64,000 bases of DNA from Myxococcales bacterium (GCA_036513415.1 DATBZA010000033.1:5344-69343), one strand, 5' to 3'; shown: positions 47,384 to 57,556, counted from the stretch's first letter. Notes: a model not told the origin generated them from the letters alone. Numbers and translations are program-made.

Positions 47384-48397
47384 ATGGCCTACAAGGTCGG
47401 CGTGATCGGGACGGGCGCCATCGGCGTCGAGCACGCGCGCCGGATCAATCAGCGGATCGGCGAGGCCAGCGTCGTGGCCGTGACCGACATCGACGGCAAG
47501 CGGGCCAAGGAGGTCGCGACTGGGATCGGGGCCCGGGCCCTTTCGACCGGCCGCGACGTGATCGCGGCCCCGGACGTGGACGTGGTGGTGGTCACTTCGT
47601 GGGGGCCGACCCACGAGGAGTTCGTGCTGGCCTCCATCGCCGCCGGGAAGCCCGTGTTCTGCGAGAAGCCGCTGGCCACCACGGCCGCGGGCTGCCTGCG
47701 CATCGTCGAGGCCGAGCTGAAGCATGGCAAGCGCCTGGTCCAGGTTGGTTTCATGCGCCGCTATGACGCGGGATACCGGGCGCTGCGCGAGGTCGTCGCC
47801 GGGGGCAAGATCGGGGACCCGCTCATGGTGCACTGCGCCCACCGGAACCTGTCGGTGGGCGACAGCTACACCACCGACATGGCCATCACGGACACGGTCA
47901 TCCACGAGATCGACGTCCTGCGCTGGCTGCTGGACGACGACTACGTCGCCGTCCAGGTGGTCTATCCGCGCAAGACGCGGAACGCCTCCAACCACCTCCG
48001 CGATCCCCAGCTGGTGATGATGGAGACGGCCAAGGGCATCCGCATCGACGTCGAGGTTTTCGTCAACTGCAAGTACGGCTACGACATCCAGTGCGAGGTG
48101 GTGGGCGAGACCGGCGTGGCCCGTCTACCCGAGCCTCCCGGCGTACCGTTGCGCAGCGAGGCGCGGCGCTCGGTGGGGATCCTGGTCGACTGGAAGCAGC
48201 GGTTCATCGAGGCCTACGACGTGGAGCTGCAGGCCTTCTTCGACGACCTGGGCCGCGGAGGCCCGACCGGCCCATCGTCCTGGGACGGCTACGCGGCGGC
48301 GGTCACGGCCGACGCCTGCGTCCAGGCGCAGCAGAGCGGCAAGGTGGTGCCGGTCTCGACCCGGCCGCGCCCTGCATTTTACGGCAGCCCCCGCTAG
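47384..48397 (+). CDS. iolG: inositol 2-dehydrogenase (Gfo/Idh/MocA)
   Basis: [41 protein letters not shown]. Confidence 0.9.
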   Translation: MAYKVGVIGTGAIGVEHARRINQRIGEASVVAVTDIDGKRAKEVATGIGARALSTGRDVIAAPDVDVVVVTSWGPTHEEFVLASIAAGKPVFCEKPLATTAAGCLRIVEAELKHGKRLVQVGFMRRYDAGYRALREVVAGGKIGDPLMVHCAHRNLSVGDSYTTDMAITDTVIHEIDVLRWLLDDDYVAVQVVYPRKTRNASNHLRDPQLVMMETAKGIRIDVEVFVNCKYGYDIQCEVVGETGVARLPEPPGVPLRSEARRSVGILVDWKQRFIEAYDVELQAFFDDLGRGGPTGPSSWDGYAAAVTADACVQAQQSGKVVPVSTRPRPAFYGSPR

Positions 48398-48438
48398 ACG
48401 GATACTGACCCGGGCGGCGAACGCTGAGGGCAAAGTTG

Positions 48439-48999
48439 TTACGGGACCGCCGGCGCGCTTCCGCGAAGCATGAAGAAGATGACCACGCCGGTCACTGAGA
48501 CGTAGAGCCAGATCGGCAGCGTCACCCGGGCGATCGCGCGGTGCTTCACGAAGGCGCGCTTCCACGCAAAGTACAAGGACGTGAGAGCCATGGGGACGAT
48601 GCCCACGGAAAGCACGATGTGGCTCGCGAGGATGAAGAGATAGATCGCGCGGATGGGTCCTCGGCCCTGGAACTTCGTGTCGCCGTGGACGAAGTGGTAC
48701 GCGAGATACCCGATGAGGAAAAGCGACGACGACACGAACGCGGACACCTGGCAGTATTTGTGAAGCTGGATCGATTTGCGCCGGATGGCCACCCAGCCCG
48801 TCATGAGCAGGCAGGCGGAGAGCGCATTCAAGCTCGCGTTGACGGCGGGCATGAAGCGCAAGTCGAGCCCGGTCCCAGCGGTTCCGCGGCGGATGACCAG
48901 GATGTAGAACAGGAAGGCTACGGCGCTCACCGAGACTACTGCGTTGAAGACGTAGAAGGTCCGGTCTGAGCGCGGCTGCGAGCTCGTGGTGGCTTCCAT
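48439..48999 (-). CDS. DUF420 membrane protein
   Basis: PAVNASLN, FLIGY..YH, ILASHIVL, H..IAR.T.PIWLYVSVTG. Confidence 0.88.
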   Translation of the reverse strand: MEATTSSQPRSDRTFYVFNAVVSVSAVAFLFYILVIRRGTAGTGLDLRFMPAVNASLNALSACLLMTGWVAIRRKSIQLHKYCQVSAFVSSSLFLIGYLAYHFVHGDTKFQGRGPIRAIYLFILASHIVLSVGIVPMALTSLYFAWKRAFVKHRAIARVTLPIWLYVSVTGVVIFFMLRGSAPAVP

Positions 49000-49083
49000 G
49001 CCCGGCTCTCATACCATGTCGGTCCTGGGAACGAGGGTCCCGTGTGAGCCAGGAAGTGGAGGAAAGGAACGACTGGGGTGCGC

Positions 49084-49635
49084 TCATGGCAGCAGCAGGA
49101 AGCCGCGATCGTCCCAATCGCGACCGATGCCCACGATGGCGCCCGAGTCGTCGATGTCGAGCGCGTAACGCAACTCCCACGCCGGGTCCGTCAGGTCGGT
49201 GATCGTGCCGTCCAACTCCTGGCGCACCGCCTGCACCGACGACCAGATCACGTAAGGCGACGACGTTTCTCCGAGGTAGCGGAAGCCCACCCCGACCCCG
49301 GCCGCGTTGTAGGTGAGAGTCCAGAGCAGCGGCGGGGGCGGCGGATAGGCGGAGGCGAGATGGCACCATTCGACGTTCGCGCACGGCCAGGTGTTGTCGA
49401 GCAGGTTGCCGGTCCGGTCCCAGATGCACGCCTGGGTAATGATGCCGTACCGCGGCGGGCGCACCACGATGGGCCGCGCCGTCCGGTAGGTGCAGTTCCC
49501 GAGGACGTTGCCGTCCGCGTCGAACCGTAGTGCCTGCGAAGACTTGCGCCCGTCGTAGCGCGGGTTGGGGGTGGGGCCGGGTCCAAGCTCGATGACGGTG
49601 CTGGCCAATAGGAATGCGACGAGCAGAGCGTTCAT
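49084..49635 (-). CDS. hypothetical secreted protein
   Basis: Signal-like MNALLVAFLLA; C-terminal WELRYALDIDDSGAIVG...GFLLLP resembles HAF-repeat protein ends. Confidence 0.6.
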   Translation of the reverse strand: MNALLVAFLLASTVIELGPGPTPNPRYDGRKSSQALRFDADGNVLGNCTYRTARPIVVRPPRYGIITQACIWDRTGNLLDNTWPCANVEWCHLASAYPPPPPLLWTLTYNAAGVGVGFRYLGETSSPYVIWSSVQAVRQELDGTITDLTDPAWELRYALDIDDSGAIVGIGRDWDDRGFLLLP

Positions 49636-49820
49636 GGTCGTGCCTCCACGAGCTTCAAAATGCCGCTCGCAGAGGCGCTTGGCGACGTACAGGCTGGCCA
49701 TCGCTAGAATGCACGTCTAGCTTGCCGGTCACCCCCAGCGCGGCTGGCGCGCTGGCCGGTCGAACGAGAGCTCCTGATCCGGACCATCCCAAGGCGGTCG
49801 TAACGCCATTGGACTCGGAT

Positions 49821-50666
49821 TCACCTACGCAGCCGCGGGTTCAGGACCTGCATCAGGTCGGCCATGTGCGGATGTTCGAAGAACCCGATGTGCGGGTTCG
49901 GCACTCGCAGGATCTCGAGTGGCTGCACCGCGGCCGCGCGCCACTCCTCCTCGGAGTGAGAGTAGCGGGGGCTTTCCTCGTCGGAGGCGATGAGAAGCAT
50001 CGGGCCGGGAAAGTTCGAGCGAGGCCGGTATCGCACCGCGAGGCTTCCCACTTCCCACCAGAAAGAACCATCCTGGTCTTCCAATTCCAGCCGGCGCGCG
50101 ATGCCAGCGTTCAAGTGGCGCAGCAGCCTCCTTTCCAGCCAGCGACTCGGTCGTCCCAGCGTGCGGCGGACCACCATGCGGGCCCGATCCTCCCACGAGG
50201 CCCCTCGAAAGCGCTGCAGGTGAAAGCGCATCCACGCCCACCACGTCGCCTTGCGCCGCTTGCGGCGAGGAGCGAACCCATCGAACAGGAGGAGCATGCG
50301 GACGGGTCGTCCGCGCTCGATCAGCCGCAGGCCGACCTCGTATGCGACGACGCAGCCGATGGAGTACCCCGCGATGACACAAGGGACCGTCCCGAACCGG
50401 GCCTCGATCCGAGCGGGATATGGTGCCGCGAGCGTTTCCACCGATGGTACGGCCTCGAGGTCGAAGGGGAGCTTCACCGCGAACAGGGGTGCTTCGAACA
50501 GCGGTCCGATGGCGCGCAGCGTGTCGGCAAACGGCGCGAACCCATGGATGCCCGCGAACAACACGATTGGCGGTCCCGTGCCGCTTGCGTTGAGCGGCAC
50601 GATCTCTCCGGGCGGCAGATCGCGTTCGGGCGAGTAGCCAAAGGCGACGAAGCGTTGGGAAGGCAT
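49821..50666 (-). CDS. stand-alone type I thioesterase-like alpha/beta hydrolase
   Basis: IVPLNASGTGPPI, SVETLAAPY, GYSIG, LLLFD. Confidence 0.75.
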   Translation of the reverse strand: MPSQRFVAFGYSPERDLPPGEIVPLNASGTGPPIVLFAGIHGFAPFADTLRAIGPLFEAPLFAVKLPFDLEAVPSVETLAAPYPARIEARFGTVPCVIAGYSIGCVVAYEVGLRLIERGRPVRMLLLFDGFAPRRKRRKATWWAWMRFHLQRFRGASWEDRARMVVRRTLGRPSRWLERRLLRHLNAGIARRLELEDQDGSFWWEVGSLAVRYRPRSNFPGPMLLIASDEESPRYSHSEEEWRAAAVQPLEILRVPNPHIGFFEHPHMADLMQVLNPRLRR

Positions 50667-51048
50667 GGTGAGTCTGCCGCTCAGAGCGAAATGTGGTTCA
50701 GCTTGCTTTCACCTGCGGCCAAGTCTGCTCGATCCAGGCGAGGTTGAAATTGGTGTACACCGCCGTCCCGGGATTCAGACGAAGAAATAGCCGTGCATGT
50801 TGGCGGCGCGGGACGATTGGGCGCCGGGCGCAATCGAGTGACAGCGCGGCCGATGTCATCCAGACCGTTTCACGCAGGCCTGCGCTCGAACGCTGCCCCG
50901 TCTACTCCACGAGACTACCGCAAGGCTGGACGAGACGATCGCCGGAGACCCGGGTGCCTCCTCGAAGACCGGCTCGACCCGAAGGGGATGACCGCGTGCG
51001 CTGAAGCTGCCCTCGACACACCTTGGCGGTTGGAATCCGGAGATCACC

Positions 51049-51957
51049 GTGCTCACGACAACTCTCACTGCAACTAGAGGATCGTTCATTCTCGCCGCGA
51101 TCGTCGTCGGCGCCGCGCTGCCCCCACCGACCGTTGCAGAACCGGTCGCGGTGGCGCATGCGGAAGGACTGGCGCACGGATTCCTCGTGCTCCGCAGCCT
51201 GGAGGGGACACCCCTCGCCGTCGGCGACCTGATCCAGACTTCCAGCGGGAATCGCGTGACCACGCGGCTCGTCCTCCGCTTCAAGGACGGCTCGACGCGC
51301 GAGGAGACCACCGTCTACAAGGAGCGAAAACAGTTTCGCCTGATCAGAAATCACGTTGTGCAGAAAGGTCCAACGTTCAAGATGCCGATGGAATCGACCA
51401 TCGACGCACTGAACGGCCACGTGAAGGTCCGCTACACCGACGAGGATGGCAAGGAGAAGCTGATCGAGGAACGCCTCGAGCTCCCTGGTGACCTTGCGAA
51501 CGGTCTAACGCTAACCTTGCTCAAGAACATCTCCCCGAAGACGCCGAAGACGACGGTGTCGATGCTCGCGATCACGCCGAAGCCGCGCCTCGTGAACCTG
51601 GAGTTCACCCGCGCCGACGAGGAACCCTTCTCGACCGCGGGGTACGAGCGCAAGGCCATGCATTACGTGGTGAAGGTACATGTTCCCGGCGCGGCCGGAG
51701 CCATCGCCTCGCTGTTCGGCAAGACTCCGCCCGACTCGCACGTCTGGATCGTGGGCGGCGAAGCGCCGGTCTTCGTGAAGGCGGAGTCGGCGCTCTCCGT
51801 GGGTGGCCCGATCTGGCGGATCGAGCCGGTCAGCCCCGTCTGGCCGTCCGGCTCAACCCCGTCGGCGACGAGGGATTCCAAAGACTCCCAGCCGGCGAGG
51901 GCGCACGCGCCCTCGGCGCGCGCCGCGAAGAGGGAGCCGCGCTCGAGAAAGCAGTAG
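51049..51957 (+). CDS. hypothetical exported protein
   Basis: N-terminal signal-like segment, beta-rich body, coding-like codon usage. Confidence 0.7.
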   Translation: MLTTTLTATRGSFILAAIVVGAALPPPTVAEPVAVAHAEGLAHGFLVLRSLEGTPLAVGDLIQTSSGNRVTTRLVLRFKDGSTREETTVYKERKQFRLIRNHVVQKGPTFKMPMESTIDALNGHVKVRYTDEDGKEKLIEERLELPGDLANGLTLTLLKNISPKTPKTTVSMLAITPKPRLVNLEFTRADEEPFSTAGYERKAMHYVVKVHVPGAAGAIASLFGKTPPDSHVWIVGGEAPVFVKAESALSVGGPIWRIEPVSPVWPSGSTPSATRDSKDSQPARAHAPSARAAKREPRSRKQ

Positions 51958-51983
51958 CGAACAAGGTTCAACGGCGGAAACCG

Positions 51984-52804
51984 TCAGTCAGGAGCGAGGC
52001 GTTGAATCGTCGAAGCCCGCTTGCGTAGCGACGTCACGGCAATGACGACGATCATTGCGGCCGCGATCACGAGCGAAGAGATGATCCGGCCGAGGCCCAG
52101 CCCACCCTCGGCAGACGACTTGGTGAGCGTGTCGCCGAGCGTCGCCCCGAGGGGTCGCGTTAGAACGTAGGCGGCCCAGAAGAGCACGGTGTCTGGGAGG
52201 CTCGTGAAGTAGTGGGCGAGGGCCACGAGCGCGATCAGGCCCGCGAACACCAGTGCTCCGCGCTCGAAGCCTAACTTGGTCGTCGTGGCGACGAAATCGC
52301 CCAGCGCGGTGCCGAGCGTGTTCGACACCAGGATAGTGACCCATAGAAGACTTCGTCCTTTCGCGCAGTGATTCGGTCGACCCTGATAGCGCCCGTCGCG
52401 TAGCGCCAGGCGGCCAGCAGCGCGATCACCAGACACAAGAGGATGATCGAGGACTTTACGTAGCCGAGCCCGAGGGTGCGGTCGAAATAGTCGGAGGTCG
52501 TCGTACCGACCGTCGTCGTGGCCACCACGACCGCCCAGTAGAAGGCCGGGTGGTAATGCCTGGACTTGACCTGGGCGAACAGGGTGCACAGAAACAACGC
52601 GAGAAAGATCAGGGTGCTCTCGGCGTACCCGAGCTTCAGAGTCATCGACAGCGCGTCACCACCGGTCTCGCCGAGCGTTGTCGCGAGAATCTTGACGACC
52701 CAGAACGCAAACGTGACCCGCGGAACCTTGCTGAGAGGACCGGCTTCGTCGGCGGCCGGGTAAGCTCGGGAGCCTTCATCTCTGATCATCTTGGGCAGCA
52801 CCAT
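51984..52804 (-). pseudogene. DUF347-repeat membrane protein split by a 1-nt frameshift (or sequencing error)
   Basis: Repeated FW...TT.GET.GD / TRPLGATLGD units; one added base near 52343 restores EVFYWVTILVSNTLGTALGD. Confidence 0.8.
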
Positions 52805-52871
52805 GGCCGGGAAGGTTAGCAACGGGGCCCGATGCAGGCACCGCTTTCCTATGGCACGCTCGTGCCCCTGA

Positions 52872-53228
52872 CTAGGTTCCGCCCGTCGAGCTCGTCCGTG
52901 CCGCAAAGGCGTCGAGCGTACGCGCCGAGTACACCAATGCCGCGCCTGCATTGACCGAGATGGCGACACCTAGCGCCTCGATCAGCTCTTCCTTCGTCGC
53001 GCCGTGGCGGACGGCCGCATCGACATGAGTGACGATGCAGCCGTCGCAGCGCGCCGTCACCGCCACGGCCAGCGAGATCAATTCGCGGACCTTCGGATCG
53101 AGCTTGCCGATCTTCGCTGCGCCGTCGGCAATCGTGCGGTAACCGCGCACGATATCGGGAGATGCCTGGCCGATCTGCTGGATCGTGGCGATCAACTGCT
53201 TCCGATACTCCTCCCAATCCATCATCAT
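52872..53228 (-). CDS. carboxymuconolactone decarboxylase/AhpD family protein
   Basis: LDPKVRELISLAVAVTARCDGCIVTH...GATKEEL.EA. Confidence 0.92.
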   Translation of the reverse strand: MMMDWEEYRKQLIATIQQIGQASPDIVRGYRTIADGAAKIGKLDPKVRELISLAVAVTARCDGCIVTHVDAAVRHGATKEELIEALGVAISVNAGAALVYSARTLDAFAARTSSTGGT

Positions 53229-53432
53229 GGCTGCCGTCCTCCAATTTCAAAGCCGGTACGCGACGAACCCGCGCGTTCACCTTCGCCGGACCGCGAAGCA
53301 ACTTCCGGACCACGTGCAGTCCTGCTCTGCGGCCTTGCTCGCCATACTCTGCTGGCGCCCACGAAGTGTGCCGTCCCTCGACACGTGTTGCTCGGCTTCC
53401 GGGCAACCAGTGAGACTGCAGCTCAGGCGGAA

Positions 53433-53481
53433 TGGTGCCCAGGGGCGGAATCGAACCACCGACACGGGGATTTTCAGTCCC
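53433..53481 (-). repeat. duplicated 3' half of tRNA-Phe(GAA), island attachment site
   Basis: Reverse strand GGGACTGAAAATCCCCGTGTCGGTGGTTCGATTCCGCCCCTGGGCACCA: anticodon loop, T-arm and CCA, but no D-arm or 5' half; first 12 nt repeated at 63989-64000. Confidence 0.9.
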
Positions 53482-53634
53482 TTTTGGACCCTCTGAGAAG
53501 AGTCAGCTTCGCACTGGGGACGTCCGTCAAGGACCCTTCAAGACCCGTCAAGACAGGTACGCCGAAGCACGGTCATGCACGGTCCTCCGCCAACTCGACG
53601 GCAGCAGGCGATAAGCTTTTACGATGGAACCACG

Positions 53635-54126
53635 ATGGATGCCCCCAAGCAGGCCAACGACTGGGAGGCAACGGCGGAGACGCTGGTCGCTCTGGGCGCT
53701 CCGCTGAGCGGCTGGAGACCGAACCGGCGCCTCGCTCCGGAGGCAGCTCTTGCCTTCGCGCTCCGTTTCGCGAGCACTGATGCTTCCCTCCTGCGCTCGC
53801 TTCCTGTCGTGCTGGCTCGGACGTGGCGAGAGCTCGACTGGAGCAAGCTGGAAAACAGCGCGCGGGCTCAGGACTCGCTGGCACTCCTCGGAATGCTGAC
53901 GGAACTGACGGCATCGCTCGCCGGCCTCACGGAACTCGGCGAGAAGGCGCGACAGTGGTGGCACCCGCCGCGCGAGACGCGTCACCTCTTCCGCCCCAGA
54001 AACGACTTCGACAGGGAGCTCGCCGAGCATCGAACGCCGCCGGTGGCCAGGAGATGGGGGTTCCTCATGAACATGGGAGAGGATTCTTTCCGGGCCCTCT
54101 ACGAACGGCATGCCGGCCAAGTTTGA
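53635..54126 (+). CDS. hypothetical protein, putative partner of the downstream nucleotidyltransferase
   Basis: Helical ORF overlapping the start of the nucleotidyltransferase-like fragment. Confidence 0.6.
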   Translation: MDAPKQANDWEATAETLVALGAPLSGWRPNRRLAPEAALAFALRFASTDASLLRSLPVVLARTWRELDWSKLENSARAQDSLALLGMLTELTASLAGLTELGEKARQWWHPPRETRHLFRPRNDFDRELAEHRTPPVARRWGFLMNMGEDSFRALYERHAGQV

Positions 54127-54245
54127 AGCCTCGGCACTCTTCGAGTTCCTCGGACGCGTCGATCGCGAGCTGGCAGCTCGCTCCATCATCTTCCTGATCG
54201 GCGGAAGCGCGGTTTCGATCATTGACCCCGCGCACTCGACCAGCG
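54110..54245 (+). pseudogene. N-terminal fragment of a nucleotidyltransferase (DUF6036-like)
   Basis: FLGRVDREL...IFLIGGSAVSI...TS then breaks before the DxD motif and runs antisense into the helicase gene. Confidence 0.55.
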
Positions 54246-54271
54246 TGATGCGCACCTTTGTGGAAGCTGCT

Positions 54272-57067
54272 CTAGCCTGCCACCCGGATCGCGGGCGCCG
54301 CGGGGACCAGCCGCGACCGCGCATTCCTCTTGAGGTGCGACTCATGCCACGCCAGGTTCATCACCTGGTGGAGCGACACCCAGGCATCGGCGCCGCCCGC
54401 GCGCGCAACCCGCAAGCAGAGCGACGGGTTGGGCACGTAGTGCCCGCGCGCTTCGCGGATCCATAGCTGCCGGTTCGGCACGTATGCGCTACCCGGCTCG
54501 TTGCGGGCGAGCAGGCCGTTGACGTAGAGGCGCCGCTTTCGCGCCGGCTTGATCACCACCTCGGGAAAGACCGCGAACGGCTCGCGGAGGAAGAAATCGC
54601 TCGTCACCCCTTCGCTGCGACCGGCACAGAACTGATAGAGCTCGTCGAACCGGGCGAGGAACGTGGAGAAGAAGAAGAACTCGCCCATCTCCCGGCCGAT
54701 CTGGAGCAGGCGCCCCGACGCCTCGACGTCGAAGGAGGCCGGGGCGACCAGGTCGAAAACGGTCCCGAAGACGGTGGTGGCATACGTGGAGTCGCGATAG
54801 GCCCGGCGCAGCGCCCAGTGCAGCGCCGCGCGGCCGGCGTGATCGCGCGCCTCGAGGCTCGCGCCGCGCCCGAGCAGCGCCTCGACCAGCGGCACGTTGC
54901 CGGCGAAGGCGGCGAGCATCAGCGGCGTGAGCCCCTGCGGACTGGCGTAATCGACGCCGTATTGCTCGGTCCGCGCGAGCACCTCCTTGAAGTTCTTCCC
55001 CTCGAAGCCCTCGAGAGCGCGCCGGGCGATCCGCGCGCGCTGCGCCTCGTATTGCGTCGCGGGCTCGAACCGGCCCTCCCCGGCAAGACGATCGGCGACC
55101 AGCTTCTCTTCGTGGAAACAGGCCAGCTCGTAGAGCTGCTGTTTGGCCTTGTTCGACACGCTCGCAGGCGCCAGCGCCTTGTCGGCGAGCGCGCGCAGAT
55201 TGGCGTCGTGGAATACCGTCCAGGGGACGGGCCGGAGCCTCAGCACCTGCTCGCGGATGGCCTCGGCCTGCTCCTGCTTGCCCTGAGTCTCGAGCCGGTG
55301 CGCCTCGCGCTGCCACTCCTCGGCCGAGGATTTCTCTGCCTGTACCGAGGCGGCGCTCTCCGGCCGACCGACGCCGAGCAACTCGAGCAACGGATGCCTG
55401 ACATCGTCTTCCACCAGGATCACCTGCCCGACCGCGCGGGTAAGCGCCACATAGAGCGCATTGACGAAAAACTTGTACAGCTCGAGCGACCGATCGCTCT
55501 TGTCCTTCGCCCGGCGATACTCGAGCCGATCGCCGGCCAGGTCGTGCGCCTCGACCCCCTCGCACAGCTCGGCGAAAAGCCGCCGCTCGGCGGAGAGGAG
55601 GCGGTAGACGATCACGGTTTCGTACTCGAGTCCCTTCGCCTCGTGAATGCTGAAGACGAGCGGCGTGCGCAGCTGCCTGCGCGCGTCCGCCTTGTGCTCG
55701 TCGCGCAGGACGATGACGGCCACCTTCGTCGACTGGCGTGTCTTGTCGTTCAGTTCCTTCACCGCCGCACTCGCGGTCGGGAAAGCGGTCACTGAGCCTT
55801 CGACGCCGGCGAGCGGCCGCATCAAGAGATTCGACTCCCGGTCGATGGAGCCGAATTTCGCGTGCTTGAGCCGCAGCACCCGGTTGGCCACCTGCGTGAC
55901 TGCGTCGCTGTTGCGGTAACTGACGTCGAGCAGGTGCACGTCGGTCTCGTGCGTCTCGCCCAAGCCACGCCAGAAGAGGCTCTTCACCTTGGACCAGGAG
56001 AAGAAGTTCGGGTGGACGATCTGGTTGGCATCGCCCGCGACGACGAATTGCCCCGGAGTCTTGAGCGATCGGAGCACGAGCGAAAGCTGCACGTTGGTGA
56101 GGTCCTGCACCTCGTCGACCACGACGAAGTCGTAGGCCGGCTCAATCCTGCTGAGCCATGAATGGGCCACCAGGTTCGGCTCGTAGAGGTTCTCCCCGGC
56201 GAGCCAGGCCCGGTAGCGTTCGAAGAAGTCGAACAGGATCGCTCGCTGCTCTGCGTCGAACATCGACTGACGCACGCCGAGGCCGAGGTACGGCTCGCGG
56301 GAGAGCGGCCCCTCGGGCTCGGCGGTGAGCACCCCGCGTAGCTCCTCGAAAACCTGGTGGGCGTCGGCGAACCTGATCTTCTGGGGATACCGCTCGAAGA
56401 ACCCGCCGAAGTCGCGGAACGTGACCGGCCGCCCTTCGGGCACGCCCACCGTCTCGAGCAGCTGGCGGTAGCTGAGGAAGTCGGCCTCCTGATCGTCCGG
56501 CGCGCCGTCGAAAGCGACGTAGAGCGCGCGCGAGGTCTCGGCGAGCCACTTCGATTCGGTGACGTAGGCGACGCGCCCGGGAACATGCCGGAGCCGCTGC
56601 AGGAGCAGTGCAGTCTTGCCGCTTCCCGCCGAGCCCACCAACACCAGCGGGGCTCTCTGGCGAAGCGCCGCGTCCTGCAGGTCATCGAAGGAGAGCGGCT
56701 TGTCGAGGTAGTGGAAGACGGAGCGGGTGGGATGGAGATAGCGCAAGGGCCGCGCCTCAAATGCCTGCGGCGGCTCCGGATGCTCAAGCTTCGTCTCGTC
56801 GACCGGCGCGCCGCGCAGGAAGCGCGAGCGGTCGTACGCGTGCCCGCGGACCACCTCGAGCGCGAGGCAAGCCTTCTCCCCGTGAACCTCGGCGAACTGG
56901 AGGAGAAGCCGCGAGGCATCGTCGAGCTTGGCCCGGTAGAACGCGCCCACGCCCAGCTTCTTCACGTCGGGGGAACGGAAGTCGTCCCGCTCGATGGCCG
57001 CGCGTACCTTTTCGACCCTGTCGGTGAGGTCGCCGGGCGCGAGGCCGTGGTAGGTGAGAAAGCGCAC
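54272..57067 (-). CDS. UvrD-like SF1 helicase with ankyrin repeats
   Basis: GSAGSGKT, VVDEVQD, GDANQ, YRN, SIHEAKGLE, LYVALTRA; GLTPLMLAAFAGNVPLVEALLGRGA ankyrin; start GTG 57067 (ORF open from 57184). Confidence 0.88.
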   Translation of the reverse strand: MRFLTYHGLAPGDLTDRVEKVRAAIERDDFRSPDVKKLGVGAFYRAKLDDASRLLLQFAEVHGEKACLALEVVRGHAYDRSRFLRGAPVDETKLEHPEPPQAFEARPLRYLHPTRSVFHYLDKPLSFDDLQDAALRQRAPLVLVGSAGSGKTALLLQRLRHVPGRVAYVTESKWLAETSRALYVAFDGAPDDQEADFLSYRQLLETVGVPEGRPVTFRDFGGFFERYPQKIRFADAHQVFEELRGVLTAEPEGPLSREPYLGLGVRQSMFDAEQRAILFDFFERYRAWLAGENLYEPNLVAHSWLSRIEPAYDFVVVDEVQDLTNVQLSLVLRSLKTPGQFVVAGDANQIVHPNFFSWSKVKSLFWRGLGETHETDVHLLDVSYRNSDAVTQVANRVLRLKHAKFGSIDRESNLLMRPLAGVEGSVTAFPTASAAVKELNDKTRQSTKVAVIVLRDEHKADARRQLRTPLVFSIHEAKGLEYETVIVYRLLSAERRLFAELCEGVEAHDLAGDRLEYRRAKDKSDRSLELYKFFVNALYVALTRAVGQVILVEDDVRHPLLELLGVGRPESAASVQAEKSSAEEWQREAHRLETQGKQEQAEAIREQVLRLRPVPWTVFHDANLRALADKALAPASVSNKAKQQLYELACFHEEKLVADRLAGEGRFEPATQYEAQRARIARRALEGFEGKNFKEVLARTEQYGVDYASPQGLTPLMLAAFAGNVPLVEALLGRGASLEARDHAGRAALHWALRRAYRDSTYATTVFGTVFDLVAPASFDVEASGRLLQIGREMGEFFFFSTFLARFDELYQFCAGRSEGVTSDFFLREPFAVFPEVVIKPARKRRLYVNGLLARNEPGSAYVPNRQLWIREARGHYVPNPSLCLRVARAGGADAWVSLHQVMNLAWHESHLKRNARSRLVPAAPAIRVAG

Positions 57068-57229
57068 CAGACGCCCAGGTACCACAGAGCAGATCCGCGT
57101 ACCATCGGTCCGATGACCGTAGAGAATCGCGTCGAGGAGAGAGTCCGACGCGCCACCCAGGTCGCGCTCCTCCGCCCGAGGCACGCCACCGAGATCGACC
57201 TCCTGCTCGGGAATCCGGGCGTGTACCGC

Positions 57230-57556
57230 TCACCGACCCAGGCCTGGGAGCTTGGTCAGGCAAGGAATCCACGCAGGCGACAAGGCGTCATCTCCGTTCT
57301 GACGGTGGTGCTGCCGTCGAGGTGCCGCGAAGCACGGTCGGCGATATCGAAGCGACCGCTGCGCCCACGCAGCCTCAAGGATCTCGCCCAGTTCGGGAAC
57401 CCGGCGCCCAGCCCGAGGCATCCGAGCCGCTGCGCGAGCTCGCTTGCGGAGCATCGCGACCCATCTGCGCGCTGCCTCGGGATTGTCTCGGGAGACGGAT
57501 CGCGCGATTTCGAGTAGTTCGTTCTGGGCTCTCAGGGTCCAGCGAAGCCTGCTCAT
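57230..57556 (-). pseudogene. RelE/ParE family toxin, C-terminally truncated
   Basis: LRWTLRAQNELLEI....DNPEAA.RW...MPRAGRRVPELG; resemblance lapses near 57385. Confidence 0.7.

Noticed and set aside
53433..53510. Complete tRNA-Phe gene
   Set aside because: D-arm and 5' acceptor strand are absent; called as an att repeat instead
57113..57300. Plus-strand coding-like stretch MTVENRVEERVRRATQVALLRPRHATEIDLLLGNPGVY
   Set aside because: May be another gene remnant, but I cannot assign a family without a search
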